DNA of 63,764 nucleotides, counting the filler, from Phoronis australis (lineage: Eukaryota > Animalia > Phoronida): NCBI GenBank assembly GCA_002633005.1. It is 8 parts of 8 records of this genome, joined end to end, with 100 filler letters (N's around TTAATTAATTAA, not from the genome) between each part and the next. Parts side by side here need not be neighbours in the genome. Positions count along the whole stretch, not along the records: positions 1 to 10,530 come from NMRA01001749.1; positions 10,631 to 12,874 come from NMRA01003773.1; 6 more parts are not named here. One strand, given 5' to 3'. The stretch's first letter is position 1; each line of letters opens with the position of its first letter. Below the pieces are notes generated by a model. That model searched no databases, was not told where the DNA came from, and saw only the letters and a list, made by a program, of their open reading frames with translations. Positions 1-11,160 of this stretch are shown here, piece by piece. A program made the position numbers and the translations under genes.

Positions 1-310
1 ACACTTGCTAAATTTAATAAAGATCCCGCAGATTATTTAGGAGATACCGCCGTAGGCATAAAAAACTGCCACTAGGAGGTGCCATAGATGTCAAGGTCAT
101 CGGAAATTCGCCAGCTCTCCTCTTCACATTTGGCACATACATGCCAATTTCCACAATCATCCTTAGAGTGGTTTGGATGATAGATACCTCAAATTCAACC
201 CAAAACCAGATGATAGCATCACCTCACTCATAGATACCTATCTGCCAAATTTTATGAAAATCCGTTGACACAGAGGTAAATGCAAAAAAAATTGCCACTA
301 GGGGGCACTG
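1..310. repeat. Fragment of a Helentron-associated (DINE-1/pearl-like) tandem repeat
   Basis: Two units about 226 bp apart carry GCCACTAGGAGGTGCC (68-83) and GCCACTAGGGGGCACTG (294-310), plus AAATTTTATGAAAATCCG-type boxes. The motifs resemble the element at 34647-35440 in opposite orientation. Confidence 0.4.
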
Positions 311-393
311 TGGGTAGTGGCGAGGAAGAGGCTCAGTGTAGGGAGAAGGATGTGAAGGATGTGAGAGATAAGCGGTCCTGACAATTTACGGGT

Positions 394-720
394 GTGGCAG
401 GTGGGAGCGATGAAGAGAACGATGAATTTCAGTGGGGTAGACGTGCGGGTACAGGTAAGCGGAGTGACAGTAGCAGACAAGGTCAGAGGGACAGCGGTAG
501 AGGTAAGATGTTGGGAGTGAGAAGTATGTCGTATAACGGAAAGTCTAGTTGGTCAGTGTTCCATATGAAGTTTAATAGGTATGCTGTTGGGCAGGGATGG
601 TTGGATAGAGAGTGTCTGGATAACTTGATTTTTCGTTCAGAAGGAGCAGCGAGGGAGTTTTTGACGATGTATTTGGAGGGGAACAGGGAAAGCACATATT
701 TTGAGGGAGTCAAATTTTGA
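394..720 (+). pseudogene. Degenerate LTR-retrotransposon (Gypsy-like) gag fragment
   Basis: YNGKSSWSVFHMKFNRYAVGQGWLDRECLDNLIFRSEGAAREF resembles the F/Y-D-G-x-x-x-W...F...A...W...L-x-G-x-A pattern of Gypsy capsid N-termini. No pol or LTR is visible. Confidence 0.5.
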
Positions 721-1145
721 GGCTTGTACTCAATTAGAGAAGAGATTTATCTCCCTGGGCTCACTGGAGATAGTTCAGTTAGAGTTTATGGGGTTAGTGC
801 TGGTGGTGTATGTCTGTTGATATGTTGAGCGCCACTCCGGGTTAACCGTTGATCGTGTGTGGACGTCTCTGAAGCCAGTCCTGTGGCTGTGGAAGTAAAG
901 GTTCGGCTTACTACACATGTACACGTTATATTATCACACTCACAAAGCATTCACTACAGTACCAACATAAAATGTGAGGCACGATTACAAACTTCATTTT
1001 GTCTCACTCCTTCTGATAAATTACGAGCCCTACTTACCATGCTGATTTTTTTACAAGCGAGCCGAAATACACAAGACCAATTTTGGACAAGGAAGTAAGC
1101 GACTTTTAGTGTTTCCAAATATTGAAGACTTCGACTTTTTCCAGC

Positions 1146-4100
1146 ATGGCCGACGCGGAGGACGAGCTCGCATCTGCAAGCATTGACCAGAGGCATAAAT
1201 CAGAAAGAAAGGCACTTCAAGGCACTATTTTCTCATTTAAATTGCGAATTGTTTTGTTAGCCTGTGTATAGTTGTCTTCCGTTTTTTTAAACGACGGTAG
1301 GCTCTCCTATGAGTCTGACTTCTTCTTTTCTTGCTCTGGCATGGCAGGCAGGGTTTTGTTATTGTTATGGACCAGGATCGTATGGCTGTGGGTTTGCACA
1401 ATAGTTATCGCTGTCACACGTGTCTTTGATCTCGTCACTGATACCACTACTCGTCTTTTATAGTCTATTGTAAGAAAATAATATTGTAGTGTAGGCATCG
1501 CATGTGACGCAGTAGAATGTACTTTGGTTGAACAAGCGGGATCATGGGCTGTGGCCACAACTAACTCGGTCAAAACTGCACCTTCCTTTGGAAACCCATT
1601 TATAGTCAATTAAGGTAGTGAAAGAGGTTATTGTCACTTGGTTGCCAAGACACTGTTAAAAAAGAACTTAACCTAACTGAATATACATTGCTCAAACCAC
1701 AGGCGTCCTCAGCTTCTGATATGGGGACGATCAAAAGCTGAGGACTCCTGTGGCTCAAACATGAAATCTCTTGCAGGCTAGGTTGTTTAGGAATTCACTT
1801 TCGAAGCAAAAATTGTAAATTTTCAAAATAGTGGTTGTCACATGTTAATGTACCATTGTGTAACCTTTTAAAGCTTATAATTATAGGCCTAAGATTTTCT
1901 AGTCATGTAGGATTCCATTTTTTCCTGTGAATTTGCAAATTGATGAAATATGAAAACATTTCACGGAGATGGACAATTAAAAAGACATATTTCATAACTT
2001 TCAAGCTCACTTTTTGTCATCATTAAATTTTTCACCAGAAGCGATAAGTTGCTGTCAAACATAACATGCCACATCATTCCAAATTAGGTCAATAATGGAA
2101 CCTCATTGGTTGAACTCGTGAATGTCAAATGTGACTGGTCAGTGAGTGCCAGAGACATTAGTTTATTTTTTCACTGTGATAAACTTTTACACTGAGCTGA
2201 GATCCTTCAGAATTCAATCCTGTTTTTGATTTAAAATCTCTCAATGGTTTGCGTGACATTAAAAGCATACTAAACCCTGTTTTGGAATTTCAACCAACCT
2301 TAAGTTCTGTCACATGCTAAGGCATTATTGCCATCCAACTAAGAACTCATACTCTCTGTGACACAGACTGGATATTTATAGTTCTTGGTGGGTCGCACCT
2401 TCCCTATGGTGTGTAATACCCTAAAAGTTAGGTCTCACTTGCCTATAGACCTAATTCACGCCAACAGGAGGCGCCTTCCAAAACGAGGCTCGCTATGATA
2501 GCTCTGTTGGCTTATCGGCATAGTTCAGTGTATTCCGTGTGGCCGACGGCTAGAAAAAATACGGACATTCAACTGTCTGTTTTACAATCCCTAAGGATGT
2601 TGAGATTCGGAAGCGTTGGGTCATTGCCATACGCTGCAACGAAGGAAAATATGTCCGTGTAAAATTTAAAATATTTTCGAACAGTTTGATCATCTTTTGT
2701 CGCATCTTGGTTGCCGAGCATAGCAACAACCGGAGAATCTTTGGCTAGCCAGGCTGTATTTTCATGACAACGGGCTGAAACATGATGCAAAAGTTTTCTT
2801 TCCAAACAGGACAGGGCCCTCAATACCTTGATTTTGGGGTCGAATATCGGCCGTATTCCCCTCTTAAAAATATTGAAAAATTACGCGAAATTCCCCCCCA
2901 CCGCGACTAGGCCTAAAAATTGAAAATATCTGTTCAAAGTTCAAATCACCTAACCACACAGGTGACAATTAGAAAGAGTACAAAATGCTACTTGGAACAG
3001 CATATGAGAACTTGCAACAGGACGCGGGGTGCTACAGATGGTGATCGGGATGTAGATTTTCCCCTCACTCGGCAAAAAATTGCCCTCTCAGGCACAGGCA
3101 CCTCATTTTCCCCTTGGATGAATGAGGCCCCTGAAGAAACATGATAACTATGCTTGCTCTGTCCACTTAACTGAAATTGAGCTCTAAAATGATGTTATGC
3201 TTTGGACGAACGAATTGGGTGTTTTAATTTTGAAATTCAACTTGGTCCAGATTGATATTTGAAACCTATCTCATGAAATAGATGTAAAATCAACTGAAAA
3301 AAGCAGAATTGGTGATCAAATAAGGTATTTTCGATTACAAGCCTAGTTATTTATTTTAATAAGAAATATATGTAATAACATTAATTATTCTTTCAGATCA
3401 ATGACAAATCAACTGTTAGTCCCGGTAGTCCCTACCTCACCAGGACCTAGGCTATGCTTGATCAACAAATTAAACCACATGTGACTAATTGCACATCACA
3501 GCAAAATGTGATGAGCCACCATTGTCGAATATATCTTCTGCTCGTCAACAATACGAGCAGATGACCTGGTTCATGGATAAAGCATTAGCAACAATTTACA
3601 AGAAGAAATGTAACCCTGCATTCACCACAATACCTTATCCGTAACATTACGATCGCCGCATTTTGGTCATATTTACTTTATGTTTCGAACCTATAGTTTT
3701 CCGGAAAAAAAACTTATACCCTTTCGCCAGACAGCTCTTTGGTGCATTGACTTGTTCTCTAATGTATTTTTCTACGTCTCTGTTGTTAATTATTGACACA
3801 TTTTTAAGATTTAATATCCAGGTTGAACTCAAAAGACTGGCCATTTAATTCGCGCAATGTTAACTTCCGCTTTGTTTTTCCTAGTGAGCCTCGTTTTGGA
3901 TTTTAATGTCCACTGCGTGAATTAGGTCTATTGAGACAACTTTGAAATGAATTTTTAAATTTTGCTCCAATCTTTTGAAGGTTGTCAAGGGTTACAGGGC
4001 ATTATTGTCTTTCAGAGAACTGGATGGGAAAGTCATTTTTAATATTATCTGTTCATAGGTCAAAACTGGGTTTGGTATCAATTTAGCTATAACCGCTCTT

Positions 4101-7100
4101 ATTTTATTTTTATCCTTGATAGCCGAAATACAGAAACTCAAGCACAGCATCCCTAAGGGAGACAAGAAAAAGAAGAAAGAGGTCACTGCTCAGATAGCGC
4201 TATTGGAAGAGGAGCTGGATGCTCGCCATGAGCGAGAGATCAAGGAACAGAAGGAACAAGTGATGGCTGCAGCTGCTGATGACTTGGTAAAGTTTCTTAT
4301 CAACTCTAGGGGCTTTCTCACCAACTGAAGGGGCTTTCTCACCAACTGAAGGGTCTTTCACACCAACTGAAGGGGCTTTCTCGCCAATTGAACTGGCTTT
4401 CTCATCAACTGAAGGGGCTTTCTCACCAACTGAAGGGGCTTTCTCACCAACTGAAGGGGCTTTCTCACCAATTGAACGGGCTTTCTCGTCAACAGCATTC
4501 ATATCTCTCTAGCTGCACTTTCTACACTCAATGTTGCTCTGGTTGAAATTTGTGGCCATCATGATTTCAGATTGCTACATAGAAATGAGAAGACCTTACT
4601 CAATTTCAATGCTGTGACATTCTCTTCTTATGTGAAAGGTTGAAATATAAAGCTATTCACTCTTACGGGAGCATTCCTGGGATAAAATTAATGTATACAT
4701 TCTTCAGGATGGGTGATTATTTCATTTGTCCCCCCTAGTGAATCTCGAGTTCTTTTGTCTTATCACAAGCTTCACATCGGGTGTCTAAGTGTTCTCTTGG
4801 CTAAGCACATACGTTCTAGCAATGTGTCAAACCAATTACAGGTGGGTGTTGTCACCGACAAGATAAACAACATGTCAACCAATGAAGATACTCCTGAAAA
4901 AACACAGAAAATAAGCAAAGCTCAACGCAGGAAGGTTGGTTTTTTGCACTTTCCGTAGGCCTTGTCATTTTAAGTCACAGAATCCCTGACCGTGTTTTTT
5001 CTTTAGTTTTGGATGGAATACTGACTCAGATCTAAGTGAATGTTTGGTATTTGTTTGTACCAACAGATGTCTTTGCAGGTACTTCTTGTCATTTTGATAC
5101 TTAAAACATTCCACTTTGCAAGAAACACTCATTGTATTGCCTTTTACCAAAAAGAATAATCAGCTAAGTCGGTCGCATCACTTACAGAGGTACAGAAGGC
5201 AATATGCTTCGAGCATTCTATTGTTGAAGTCATTTCCTTTTGTTGTTTAGTCATTTTGCAATGACATGTAGCGCTAAGTGGACAAAGAATGACAATATGT
5301 GGATGTTTGAGTTGTTCTTGTTGGAAGTCAGTTTCCTTGACTGTGATTTTAAAGGTATTGTCTGTTGGTTAAATGCTCGAAGATCATTTTGTATCTTGTT
5401 ACTTAATTTTTAAAAAATTGAAAATATTTTTGTCATTCGAAATGTAAACCAATGATCAAGAGTTTGTTAAAGATAAGTGCCCTTCTCTTGACAGCTTTCT
5501 ACGTTCTGAACTGTTGAAGCTGTCCTAAATTAATCATTTATTCATTACACAACCACTGATACATTTCTCCTCTGATTGGCATGACAAGTTCTGATATAAC
5601 GTAATATTGACCCACTTAGTATGGAATATCCAATTTACTGTTCATTGCAAAAAGCCTTAGCGGGCTTTAAAGTAAGGAAGGTGATATTCAGTAAGCGCGG
5701 TCACCTGCTGGTATTCACTGAGGACCACGAGTCCCGCACGTCCCTCCTAGCCAAGGGACACACACTCCAGCAATTCGAGGGTTGCACATTCCGCAACCCT
5801 ATCGATCGCAAGAGCGACTCGCGTGCCCTCACGCTTGTGCTCCTGCACGTCTCCAAAAACTTGACAGACAGTGAAATCGAAAAAGCCCTTGGCAACGGCT
5901 TTACAGCCAAACGGCTGATATCGGGGAAGCTAGACCGGCCAACCCACAAAGTGAAAGTCTCCTGTCCCGACAGAGAGACATACGACAGCATAATCAAAGA
6001 CGGTGCCTACATAGGACTGATGAGGCACAAGTCCGAAAAATACAAGTCCGAAACGGTCCTGCAGTGCTACAAGTGCCGTGGATACGGCCACTTCAGCACA
6101 GATTGCAAGTCCGAAGTGGACAAATGCAACCACTGTGGTAATAACCACAAGTCTGCCGAATGTGACAAACGCGAGGAAGCACCGACCTGTGCTAACTGCG
6201 GTGGCCCCCACCCAGCGAACCACAGGTCATGCAAGTACTACGCGGAGTACAAGACAGCAACTAAAACAAAGCAGCTGTCATACGCCCAGGCTGCAAAGGG
6301 CCCCTCAAACAACCTCGAGGTCCTCAGACTGGCAATGACGCTCACCGAGCTGGCGGTGGGCATAATGGCAAAGAAACTAGGGCTCGACTTCGCAAGAGAG
6401 GAAGTCAGTCAGCTGATCGTTGACTCGGTCAACACAAACTATAAGACAGATCTGAATGGCTCACAGGTCCTCCAGCTGATAACCAGACAGTGAAATTTTG
6501 ACAGTATCACAAGAGACACCACGTGTTTCCGACATGGCTAGTCTACTACACATCAACCTCAATGGGGCGAGAGGGAAACGGCAAACTCTAATAGAGTATC
6601 TTGCCGACGAAAAACCAGACGTAGTATCCATGAACGAAACCTGGCTGTCCGACAAAATCAAATTCACAATACCTGGCTACAGCATTGTACGGAGAGATCG
6701 CTCCGACCGCTCGGGCGGCGGGGTGGGCATCCTTGTCAGGCAAGGGGTTGATTTCACTCCCATTGACACAAATATGCTCTCAGCAGAAGTAGTGGCGGTT
6801 GAATGCCGCATCAACAGCAAAAACACTACAATCGTGTCTATCTACAACCCTCCGGGGAGCACTGTAGACAAGTACCTATTCAGGCACTTCACCAACTCCT
6901 ATAGACAATGCATATTTATGGGCGATTTCAACTCCAAGCATCTGTTCTTCGGAAACAGAAAAACTGACACAGCAGGCGAGATACTTTTCGACGCCATTGA
7001 AGACTCANGCAAGGACAGAAGGCGAGATCTTCAGATCTCGCGAAGCTGTCTGAGGGCTTCGCCCTCATCTACTCTCTCATACTGTTCATTCATGCTGCCC

Positions 7101-10100
7101 AGATGCCAGAAGTTGCTATTCTTGATCTGAGCAATCAGATGGAGTAGAAACTATAGACCCTGACCACAAAGCTAACAGACAAACATCAAAGCAGCTGAGA
7201 ACAATCTAATATATTAAGAGATGAAAAAATCAGAGGAAAGAAGCATTTAGTGATTGTGTAACAAAACAAGTATGGACTGATCCCTTGGGCTTATCAGGCC
7301 ATGTGGTCTCGGAAGAGCAATATTGTCCTGGGCAATATTCCTCTCCTGCAGTCCTTGTGACCTGATAAATCACCCTCGGCATTGATCCATATTTGTATAA
7401 ATGTTCTCACAAAATTGCCTTATTGCCTTCAAGTGTAAAAACAATTGTAGGAGAAGAAAGCTGAGCAAGAGAGGGAGCGTGAGGAACGCATCCAGGCTCA
7501 AGAGGTGGAGAACATCTCCGGGGCACGGCACCAAGAGATGGAGAAGTTAAATGCAATATTAAAGAAGAGAAATCTAGAAATTTTTGAGGTATGCTGCAGT
7601 GCTGTACCGTGTTACTGGTATGACGTTTGTGTGATGTCTGGATTGTTTACAGCCAGTTGCGTGACGTGGATGTATCCAGTTCTTTGCACTGTGGCTGCAC
7701 GGTGACGTGCTTGTCTGAAACTGATGTATAAAACTGTGAGGGCCCCCATGGAAAGCAGTGTGAAATGATGGGGCTACCCTCATTGTAAATATTACATTAA
7801 TAATAAATAATAAGTTAGAATGAATACATCTCAGTAAATAGCAATATTTTTAATAATATTTCCTTTGTTGATATATTACATTAATTTAAACGCTTCACGT
7901 TATTGCTTATAATCCTTTACATGTTCATCTATAAACAGAGCAATCTTTGTATTACTTATTAATGTGGTCATTCCTATTTCCAGGTTCCATCAGATGGCAA
8001 CTGGTGAGTACAACGCTTTGTTTAGGCTGTTTTGGATTTCCCAACCGTTCATGGTAGATTTTGACATGTATATAGACATGCATGGGGTAGGTATTCTACA
8101 GAGTCATGCGGTCATGTCACGTGACCTGGTACTTACAGGTCTAGAAAAGATTGCTGCAGGTGGGTTGTCAAGCTTATGGAAATATCAGCTTTGGTTGCAG
8201 CAGATCTTGTGCTTGTTGTTTCGTCTTCTGTACATTGTAATCCACAATTACTGTTGAAGTGTCGGACATGCCTAATAGTTGCAATACCTATGGGTTGCTT
8301 TGATTTAAAGTTTCTCAATTGTATTTTTTGATCAAAGGAACTTGATTTAAGAAATTGAAGAGTGTAAATGCATTTCAATCGTAGCTGCTTTTGTTGGTAT
8401 GAATTTTCGGAAGTGTGTGAAATGAATCATTTGCATTGTTGCTCCCACAGTCTGTATACTGCCATCAGCGATCAACTCAAGAGAATAGGATTTGAGGTAA
8501 GCATACCTAGTTAACTTGAATAGATTGGTATTCACTTTACAAAAGACATTCACATAGTACGTAGTATCTGCTGATTACTTATGACCTTTGACCCCTGCTG
8601 GTTCCTGTATGCAGTTAAACTCTCTGGGATGAAGACAGTCACACTCCTGGCCTGAGTAGCCAGTTCCCCCTGATGTTTGGTCTCGCTATTAAAACATGTT
8701 GCTATCGGTTAACCCACTGCCACCAGATTTGATAAATGCCCATCTTAAAAAGTCGTCCTTTATGTGTGTTATACAACACATGTTATGATAGTTGGGTGTT
8801 ATTTATATCTAGGTTTGTGTTCTACATTATGATTACACTCCTGCTTTACCCATGTGTAAAAAATCTTGATGTAAGAAACCACAGTTATCACATGCATTGT
8901 ATATGGGTAAATTCTCACAAATTTAGAACACAATATGGCAACAGGTAAAATTTTCAGAAAACGTAATGTTGCACTTAATCAATGCTTTTCTGTGTTCAAA
9001 CTCTGTGCCATAGTTGTTGCCAGATAATATTTTGAAAAATTTGTTGTAACTGTAAGAAGCCTTTGGGAAATTAGACAACTTTTTATGTCCAAAATTGTTA
9101 AGATTTTTCCGTAACATGTGGTGAGGTGAGTGAAAACTGTGATTTTTTACTTTTCATTTACTCTATAAATTGAACATGCTGAGCGGTCATCATTTAACTT
9201 GGTGGTGTCTTGTTTGCTAGTATTAGAAGGGTAAGGTCTCCAACTGCCGAGGTCATCTTATGTAGTCTTGCCAAACCATAATGTAGTGGAGTAACTCAGT
9301 GAATGTGTCTCGGTCCTAAAACCTGGCGATTTGTAATGAGTTGGACTTGCATCTCTTTTATAAAAGTTTATTTTACTCCAATAGGCCACCCCTGATCAGC
9401 TGCGACAGCAAACTGCTGAGCACATGCTGGAGAACGTTGACGACTTCCTTCCATTTCTGACTAATAACAGCACGGGAGAGCCATATACAATAGGTAATTA
9501 GTGTAAAGTGTAATGATAAGTTTGTCCCATGGCCAAACACTGTTACCTGTGTTATGGTCATTGAGACTTGTACCTCAGAGTACCCACAAGATACTGTCGT
9601 GTATTACAAGTGGGGCATGTGTTCTCACTAGGATTCGCTCGCTAATGACTAGCATTGTGGAACACGGCTTTAGTTTCTGAAACTTGCTGAAGCCATTTTA
9701 TTAAATTATCAGCACTTCTGTAATGTTAAGTAATGCCTCCCTCCCTTCCTCCTTCCCTCCCTCCTTCCCTCCATCCCTCCCTGGTCCTTTTCAGTTTGTT
9801 CATGAATGTTGGCCTTATATACAAGTTAATGCTGTTACTCATATCAAATGCAAATGACCCAGACTGTAAGGCCATGGCTTTGTATTCAAGTATAAAGCCA
9901 TGTCAGGCCATGGGATTATATTCCGGGTAATTGAATCCTGTAATGGCTTAGTCTGAAATTTTGCAGTAAGATTATAATAACTATCTCCTGAAATATGTAA
10001 GGCTAATAATTTGCTGTTTTTACAGATGTTAGACTTATCAGCTGGTCCAAACAAGTCTGATGCATGTGACATTTAGTTACTTTGTCATTGACGTTCAACA

Positions 10101-10370
10101 GGATTCAACAAAACAATCACCATGGTATGAAACACGTGGCTGAAAACTTGCACATCAGTCTGTAATTGGTTACAAGTCATGTCTGTCTGTGTGTCTTTCA
10201 GAGGAGTTTAGTCAGTACTGCGACGATGTAGCACACTCACCGGCCTGGGGAGGTCAGCTGGAGCTCCGTGCCATGTCAGTCATCCTGCAGACACCAATAG
10301 AAGTGGTCCAGGCTGACGTGCCTAGCATCATATTGGGCCAGGAATATGACAACGCTCCATTGGTGGTCTC
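1146..10370 (+). CDS. OTUD6B: OTU domain-containing deubiquitinase 6B (3'-incomplete, last exon beyond the spacer)
   Basis: Exons in consistent phase: 1146-1221 (MADAEDELASASIDQRHKSERKALQ, GC donor), 4123-4286 (AEIQKLKHSIPKGDKKKKKEV...), 4842-4934, 7451-7588, 7984-8003 (VPSDGNC), 8451-8496 (LYTAISDQL), 9385-9493 (LRQQTAEHMLENVDDFLPFL), 10202-10370 (YCDDVAHSPAWGGQLELRAMS). The OTU motifs DGNCLY and WGGQLEL are present. The His-containing last exon is missing. Confidence 0.93.
1697..1753. repeat. 57-bp fold-back (mini-MITE-like) in OTUD6B intron 1
   Basis: CCACAGGCGTCCTCAGCTTCTGAT and ATCAAAAGCTGAGGACTCCTGTGG form 24-bp arms with 2 mismatches around a 9-nt loop. CTCAAA flanks both sides. Confidence 0.7.
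2447..3929. mobile_element. Non-autonomous ISL2EU-like DNA transposon (internal deletion derivative)
   Basis: Perfect TIR AGACCTAATTCACGC (2447-2461 / 3915-3929), a second inverted block TCCAAAACGAGGCTC (about 2477-2491 / 3886-3900), and AT on both flanks. A THAP relic lies on + (FTIPKDVEIRKRWVIAIR from 2581). A convergent relic on - (3844-3700, W...DVEKY...KGYKFF) resembles the N-terminus of the SWIM/YqaJ partner protein. Confidence 0.75.
4292..4495. repeat. 21-bp minisatellite, about 9.5 copies, consensus GGGGCTTTCTCACCAACTGAA
   Basis: Directly visible tandem array starting a few bases after the OTUD6B exon 2 donor. Confidence 0.95.
5647..6493 (+). CDS. LINE ORF1 gag-like nucleic-acid-binding protein (5'-truncated)
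   Basis: Three zinc knuckles: CYKCRGYGHFSTDC, CNHCGNNHKSAEC, CANCGGPHPANHRSC, followed by SYAQAAK. The ATG at 5621 lies outside the TSD, so it is not the element's start. Confidence 0.85.
6534..7007 (+). CDS. LINE ORF2 N-terminal apurinic-like endonuclease (partial)
   Basis: Motifs HINLNG, PDVVSMNETWL, RRDR...GGGVGILV, SIYNPP and MGDFNSKH. The frame breaks at an ambiguous base and jumps to the element's 3' end. Confidence 0.88.
7268..7399. mobile_element. Short degenerate MITE
   Basis: Imperfect inverted ends (CAAGTATGGACTGAT ... ATTGATCCATATTTG) and an internal TTATCAGG/CCTGATAA inverted pair. Confidence 0.4.
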
Positions 10371-10530
10371 GTAAGTCATTCCGGGCTCCACCATTCAGAA
10401 TTCATAGGGCACAATAAAACTGTTATCCTCTCAGCCAGGACCATAATCCCTTTGTTAAGCTGTGTTTAGTTACACAGTCCAACTGGGACAGTTGTTAGAA
10501 GAAGAGCAGGGTTCACAAATAACTACTTTC

Positions 10531-10630
10531 NNNNNNNNNNNNNNNNNNNNNNNNNNNNNNNNNNNNNNNNNNNNTTAATTAATTAANNNNNNNNNNNNNN
10601 NNNNNNNNNNNNNNNNNNNNNNNNNNNNNN
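10531..10630. other. Artificial 100-bp contig spacer N44-TTAATTAATTAA-N44
   Basis: The same spacer recurs at 12875-12974, 16479-16578, 25072-25171, 29960-30059, 58525-58624 and 61532-61631. The 12-mer places stops in all six frames. Confidence 0.97.
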
Positions 10631-10709
10631 GGTTGTGCCTCTTACTTGCCTTTACAGCAACACTCAGCATTAACTTTTTGGTTATGTGTTTTGCTTTTTT
10701 CCTTGTTAG

Positions 10710-11160
10710 CTCTGACGGTGCTTGTCGTCACATCAATGCGATGATGTATGAGATAGAAGATTTCGAACCAACCTCATGTACGGACGGTCCTGTGCAATGG
10801 AAAGGGCGAGCCAGGGCACATGATGCACCCACTACAGTTTGGCGCTTAAATGTGCTTAATGCAAGGTATGAAATCAAATCCTAATTATTATATACTGACT
10901 TTATACTGTCTCATTCTTCCACACCATCAATATTTAAATGTGACCTAAAGATCACCGCATGTGGCATAAAGTAAGTTACTACTTTTCTTAAAATTACAGT
11001 TCGATGTATTTTGATGTGTAAATGAATACATGAACAATATGTTGAGTTGCGGAATGGTCTTTTTGTCTAGGTACGGCACAGTTGATCAGCCCCAAGCCCG
11101 CCTTACACCCCGTCATGAGGACTGGCCGGGATCCAAGACCACTGGACAGTAGAATGGTTA
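10710..11160 (+). pseudogene. Spliced relic of a transposon-encoded SWIM zinc-finger protein (ISL2EU/Kolobok-type accessory gene)
   Basis: Exon 10710-10865 (ag...gt) encodes SDGACRHINAMMYEIEDFEPTSCTDGPVQW, matching the G-x-C-x-H...SCT...W pattern after SWIM. The next exon from 11071 gives YG... and a frameshifted DPRP. Confidence 0.6.

Larger units (their letters stand above)
5647..7079 (+). mobile_element. Non-LTR retrotransposon (Jockey/I-like LINE), 5'-truncated, with most of ORF2 missing at the n at 7008
   Basis: 11-bp TSD TACTGTTCATT at 5636-5646 and 7080-7090. Contains ORF1 and the APE part of ORF2. The terminal ~70 bp match 34378-34448. Confidence 0.92.

Noticed and set aside
4200-4502. 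Minus-strand ORF encoding (EKAPSVG)n
   Set aside because: By-product of a 21-bp intronic minisatellite antisense to OTUD6B.
5621-5646. ATG at 5621 as the start of LINE ORF1
   Set aside because: It lies in host sequence outside the TSD; the in-frame join to the truncated ORF1 is coincidental.
7000-7015. Natural internal deletion creating an endonuclease-only LINE
   Set aside because: The junction coincides with an n, so collapse of a repeat during assembly is more likely.
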